NCBI GenBank assembly: GCA_902574735.1
Contig: CACGOY010000004.1
Location: forward strand, 18,678 to 82,677
Direction: 5' to 3'
Source: an uncultured Pelagibacteraceae bacterium
GTDB lineage: Bacteria > Pseudomonadota > Alphaproteobacteria > Pelagibacterales > Pelagibacteraceae
DNA length: 64,000 nt
Below, piece after piece: positions 60,469 through 64,000 of the stretch (the first letter of the stretch is position 1; every line of letters starts with the position of its first letter). The notes below the pieces were generated by a model, which was not told the DNA's origin, ran no database searches, and saw only the letters and a list, made by a program, of their open reading frames with translations. Both the position numbers and the translations under genes were made by a program.

Positions 60469-60501
60469 AAAAAGGGCTAGATTTTTCTAGCCCTTTTTTT
60501 T
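60469..60501 (+). terminator. Intrinsic terminator after aapJ
   Basis: aaaaagggctaga-tttt-tctagccc-T8. Confidence 0.85.
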
Positions 60502-60512
60502 ATAAAATCTTC

Positions 60513-61664
60513 GTGAAATTTAATATCAAAAAAATCGCACCACAATTATTAACACTTTTATTTGTGATATTGGTGTTTGGTTTTTTTTCATACAATGCTC
60601 AGCTTAATATGGAAAATCGAGGTATTGATTTTGGTTATAGTTTTTTAAGCCAAGAGTCATCATTTGATGTTCAGTTTTCCTTAATTGAATATGATGGATC
60701 ACACTCATATTTCAGAGCTTATTTAGTAGGACTTTTAAATACAATTTTGGTTTCAGTAATAGGTATAATTCTTGCAACTATAATTGGAGTGATTGTAGGT
60801 ATTGCAAGATTATCTTCAAATTACTTGATTAAAAATACAGCAGCCTTTTATGTAGAATTTTTTAGAAACATCCCACTTTTATTACAAATTTTCTTTTGGT
60901 ATTTTGCTGCTTTAAGAGCTTTGCCATTACCTCAAGATACTGAGAGTATAATGGGAGTATTTTATCTAACAATTAAAGGTTTGTTCATCCCAGCCTTTAT
61001 TTGGGAAAATTTTAATATTTTTTTATATTCAATAATTGCTGCAATAGTATCAATTGTAGTAATTAAAAATTATGCGAAAAGAAAACAAGAAAATGAGGGA
61101 AAACAAATACCAGTATTTTTAATATCAATAGGCTTATTATTTATTCTTCCATTGTTAAGTTTTTTAATCGGAGGTGTTTCACTCAGTTTTGAAATACCTG
61201 TTCTTAAAAAGTTAGCTAAAACATCATATATTTACGAAGGAGGCGTAGGAATACCTCCAGAGTTAATTGCTTTAACTTTAGCTTTATCATTGTACACAGC
61301 AACATTTATTGCTGAGTGTGTAAGAGCTGGAATCCAAGGTGTTGGCAAAGGTCAAAAAGAGGCAGCAGCGTCTATTGGTTTAAATCCTAACCAAATTTTA
61401 AAATTAGTTGTTATGCCTCAAGCTTTAAGAATAATTATTCCACCAACAACCAACCAATATTTAAATCTAACGAAAAATTCATCTTTAGCTGCTGCAATTG
61501 CATATCCAGATCTAGTTTTAGTTTTTGCTGGAACCGCACTAATGCAAACAGGCAAAGCGATAGAAATAGTCTCAATAACAATGCTTACTTATTTGTCGTT
61601 AAGTTTATCAATTTCGGTTTTAATGAATTGGTATAATAAAAAAATTGCGATCAAAGAAAAATAA
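60513..61664 (+). CDS. aapQ: General amino acid ABC permease (AapQ/YhdX)
   Basis: VGLLNT, FRNIPLLLQ, KGQ.EAA, QYLNLTKNSSLA. Confidence 0.92.
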   Translation: MKFNIKKIAPQLLTLLFVILVFGFFSYNAQLNMENRGIDFGYSFLSQESSFDVQFSLIEYDGSHSYFRAYLVGLLNTILVSVIGIILATIIGVIVGIARLSSNYLIKNTAAFYVEFFRNIPLLLQIFFWYFAALRALPLPQDTESIMGVFYLTIKGLFIPAFIWENFNIFLYSIIAAIVSIVVIKNYAKRKQENEGKQIPVFLISIGLLFILPLLSFLIGGVSLSFEIPVLKKLAKTSYIYEGGVGIPPELIALTLALSLYTATFIAECVRAGIQGVGKGQKEAAASIGLNPNQILKLVVMPQALRIIIPPTTNQYLNLTKNSSLAAAIAYPDLVLVFAGTALMQTGKAIEIVSITMLTYLSLSLSISVLMNWYNKKIAIKEK

Positions 61665-63107
61665 ATGAATAATATAAATTTTTTAAAACCAGATAAATCA
61701 AACTTAAATTTATTTTTAATTTTAGGATTATCTTTAGTATTTATTAGTATTTTTGATGTATTTTTATCATCTTTTTTTAAAATAAATGCCACTGGCTTTT
61801 TGCCTACATCTATAAGTTTTTTACTACCATTAATAATTGGTTTTATTGGATTGCACTTTATTAGGATTGAGTACTCTGGAATTAGAAGATTAGATGAAAT
61901 TAATAAAAACTTTAATAACAATAATTTTAACGCTGTTCTTTCATTATTAATTATATTTATAATTATAAAATCAATACCACCAGTTTTAAGCTGGACTGTT
62001 ATTGATGCAAATATTTCGGGCAATTCAAAAGAAGCTTGTACAGGTGACGGTGCATGCTGGACTTATATTAAAGTTTGGTTGAGAAGATTTATATATGGAT
62101 TATATCCAAACGAAGAACAGTGGAGAATTAATTTGTCTTTTATATCTTTATTGGCTCTTGGATCAGTGGGGTATTTTGCAACAGAAAAATTTAAAAAATA
62201 TTTAACTTTATATTATGTAGTTATTTATCCAATTATTGCTTTCTTATTTATATTTTTTTTTATCTCAGGTGGTCCTGTATTCTTTGATTTTTCATATGGA
62301 ATTATTGCAAGTGTTGTTGCAATTGTTATTGGATTTTTTGTTCCAAATAAATTCAAATTATATTATTTTTGTTTTGTACCATTAGCAGTTTATTTATCTC
62401 TAAATCTTTTCATATTACCTGAGGAATATGTTGAACTAGGTAAATTAGAAGGTTTAAATTGGGTTGAAACTGGTGCATGGGGCGGCTTAGCTTTAACTTT
62501 CATAGTTTCTTTTTTCTGTTTAATTTTTTGCTTTCCAGTAGGAATGGCTTTAGCTTTAGGAAGAAGGTCTGAACTACCATTTATAAAATATACCTCAGTT
62601 GTTTTTATTGAATTTTGGAGAGGTGTTCCATTGATAACCGTTTTATTCATGTCATCAGTTATGTTCCCAATGTTTCTACCTGAAGATTTCTTCTTAGATA
62701 AATTAGTAAGAGTTATTATTGCAATCTCTTTGTTTGAGGCAGCTTATGTAGCTGAGGTTATAAGAGGAGGGCTGCAAGCTCTACCTAGAGGTCAATACGA
62801 TGCCGCAAAATCTTTAGGTATGGGTTATTGGAAGATGCATATATTTGTAATTTTACCTCAGGCACTAAAATTAGTAATCCCTGGTATTGCTAATACTTTT
62901 TTAGCTTTAGTAAAAGATACTCCATTAATCTTGGTGGTTGGTTTATTAGAAATTGCTGGAATGCTTCAAATGGCAAAAACAAATCCTAAGTGGTTAGGAT
63001 ATTCAATGGAAGGTTATGTATTTGCAGCCGTAGTATTTTGGATAATTTGCTATGCAATGAGTAAATATAGTTATAACTTAGAAGAAAAATATAAAACAGA
63101 GAGATAA
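61665..63107 (+). CDS. aapM: General amino acid ABC permease (AapM/YhdY)
   Basis: C...[31 protein letters not shown]. Confidence 0.92.
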   Translation: MNNINFLKPDKSNLNLFLILGLSLVFISIFDVFLSSFFKINATGFLPTSISFLLPLIIGFIGLHFIRIEYSGIRRLDEINKNFNNNNFNAVLSLLIIFIIIKSIPPVLSWTVIDANISGNSKEACTGDGACWTYIKVWLRRFIYGLYPNEEQWRINLSFISLLALGSVGYFATEKFKKYLTLYYVVIYPIIAFLFIFFFISGGPVFFDFSYGIIASVVAIVIGFFVPNKFKLYYFCFVPLAVYLSLNLFILPEEYVELGKLEGLNWVETGAWGGLALTFIVSFFCLIFCFPVGMALALGRRSELPFIKYTSVVFIEFWRGVPLITVLFMSSVMFPMFLPEDFFLDKLVRVIIAISLFEAAYVAEVIRGGLQALPRGQYDAAKSLGMGYWKMHIFVILPQALKLVIPGIANTFLALVKDTPLILVVGLLEIAGMLQMAKTNPKWLGYSMEGYVFAAVVFWIICYAMSKYSYNLEEKYKTER

Positions 63108-63841
63108 TGTCAGATACGATTATTCAAATTAAAGACGTAAACAAGTGGTTTGGAGATTTCCAGGTTTTAAAAAATATTAATTTAAATGTTGAAAAAAATA
63201 AAAAGATAGTTGTTTGTGGACCATCTGGCTCTGGAAAGTCTACTTTAATTAGATGTATAAACAGATTAGAGGAACATCAACAAGGATCAATTGTCGTTGA
63301 CGGAAATGAACTTACAGAAGATACTAAAAATATTGAACAGATAAGAGCTGAGGTTGGAATGGTTTTCCAACAATTTAATTTGTTTCCACATTTATCTATA
63401 TTAGATAATTGTACTCTTGCACCTGTATGGGTAAAAAAAATGCCAAAAAAACATGCTGAAGATTTAGCAATGAAACACCTAGAAAAGGTTCAAATTGCCG
63501 ATCAAGCACATAAATTTCCAGGTCAGTTATCAGGAGGACAACAACAAAGATGTGCAATTGCAAGAGCTTTATGTATGGAGCCAAAAATAATGCTTTTTGA
63601 TGAACCTACATCGGCATTGGATCCAGAAATGATTAAAGAAGTTTTAGATGCTATGGTAAACTTAGCTAAAGCAGGGATGACCATGATAGTTGTTACACAC
63701 GAAATGGGCTTTGCAAAAGAGGTTGCAGATGAAGTTATCTTTATGGATGAAGGGATGATAGTTGAAAAAGCAGCAACAAATGAATTTTTCGCTAATCCAA
63801 AGAATGATAGAACTAAGCTATTTTTAAGTCAGATACTCTAA
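63107..63841 (+). CDS. aapP: Amino acid ABC ATP-binding protein (AapP/YhdZ)
   Basis: [37 protein letters not shown]. Confidence 0.95.
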   Translation: MSDTIIQIKDVNKWFGDFQVLKNINLNVEKNKKIVVCGPSGSGKSTLIRCINRLEEHQQGSIVVDGNELTEDTKNIEQIRAEVGMVFQQFNLFPHLSILDNCTLAPVWVKKMPKKHAEDLAMKHLEKVQIADQAHKFPGQLSGGQQQRCAIARALCMEPKIMLFDEPTSALDPEMIKEVLDAMVNLAKAGMTMIVVTHEMGFAKEVADEVIFMDEGMIVEKAATNEFFANPKNDRTKLFLSQIL

Positions 63842-64000
63842 AAATAATTGGCTAAATTGTAAAAAAGATACTTGACAGGATATTTAATTTTAAAAAAAAG
63901 GATAATTTTTAAAAAAAAATCTTCTTGTAATACATGTTCTATTTATATTAACTCAAACTTATATTTTAATTAAAGAGGGGTCTTTGATGGAAGATAATTT

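Noticed and set aside
63974-64000. RBS-like GAGGGG and ATG at 63987 of a next gene
   Set aside because: Truncated by the window edge; product unidentifiable

Overview
Very AT-rich, gene-dense bacterial window with minimal intergenic DNA. Gene content and order (ntrY-ntrX-trkA without ntrBC, speD-speE fusion, aapJQMP/yhdWXYZ) point to a SAR11/Pelagibacterales-type marine alphaproteobacterium; this is inference from recognised proteins, with no database search. Contents in order: (1) an SGNH hydrolase plus an sxtJ-sxtK-sxtI-like carbamoyltransferase module, including a 49-aa ORF missed by the track; (2) guaC and three envelope genes; (3) tRNA-Met carrying a 1.6-kb integrase-less arsR+permease islet bounded by a 49-bp direct repeat of the tRNA 3' half; (4) apt/mtnP-mtnA-class II aldolase-speDE plus a basic-amino-acid ABC transporter lacking its ATPase; (5) housekeeping genes up to rpoZ; (6) a ~20-kb regulator-free catabolic region; (7) a MatPQM-like TRAP system with malonyl-CoA decarboxylase; (8) core genes (lipA, ispDF, ntrYX, trkAH, tRNA-Arg, aapJQMP). 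The best candidate for an undescribed system lies in region 6: a betaine/TMAO-family ABC importer operon that encloses a cytoplasmic Mo-bisPGD S/N-oxide reductase and a DmdA-like THF-dependent demethylase, near two atypical His/Cys/Cys homocysteine methyltransferases. This suggests a putative 'import, deoxygenate, demethylate' pathway for an oxidised methyl-onium compound. A CoA-transferase-driven malonate route and a DHAP-shunt MTA salvage module are further candidates.
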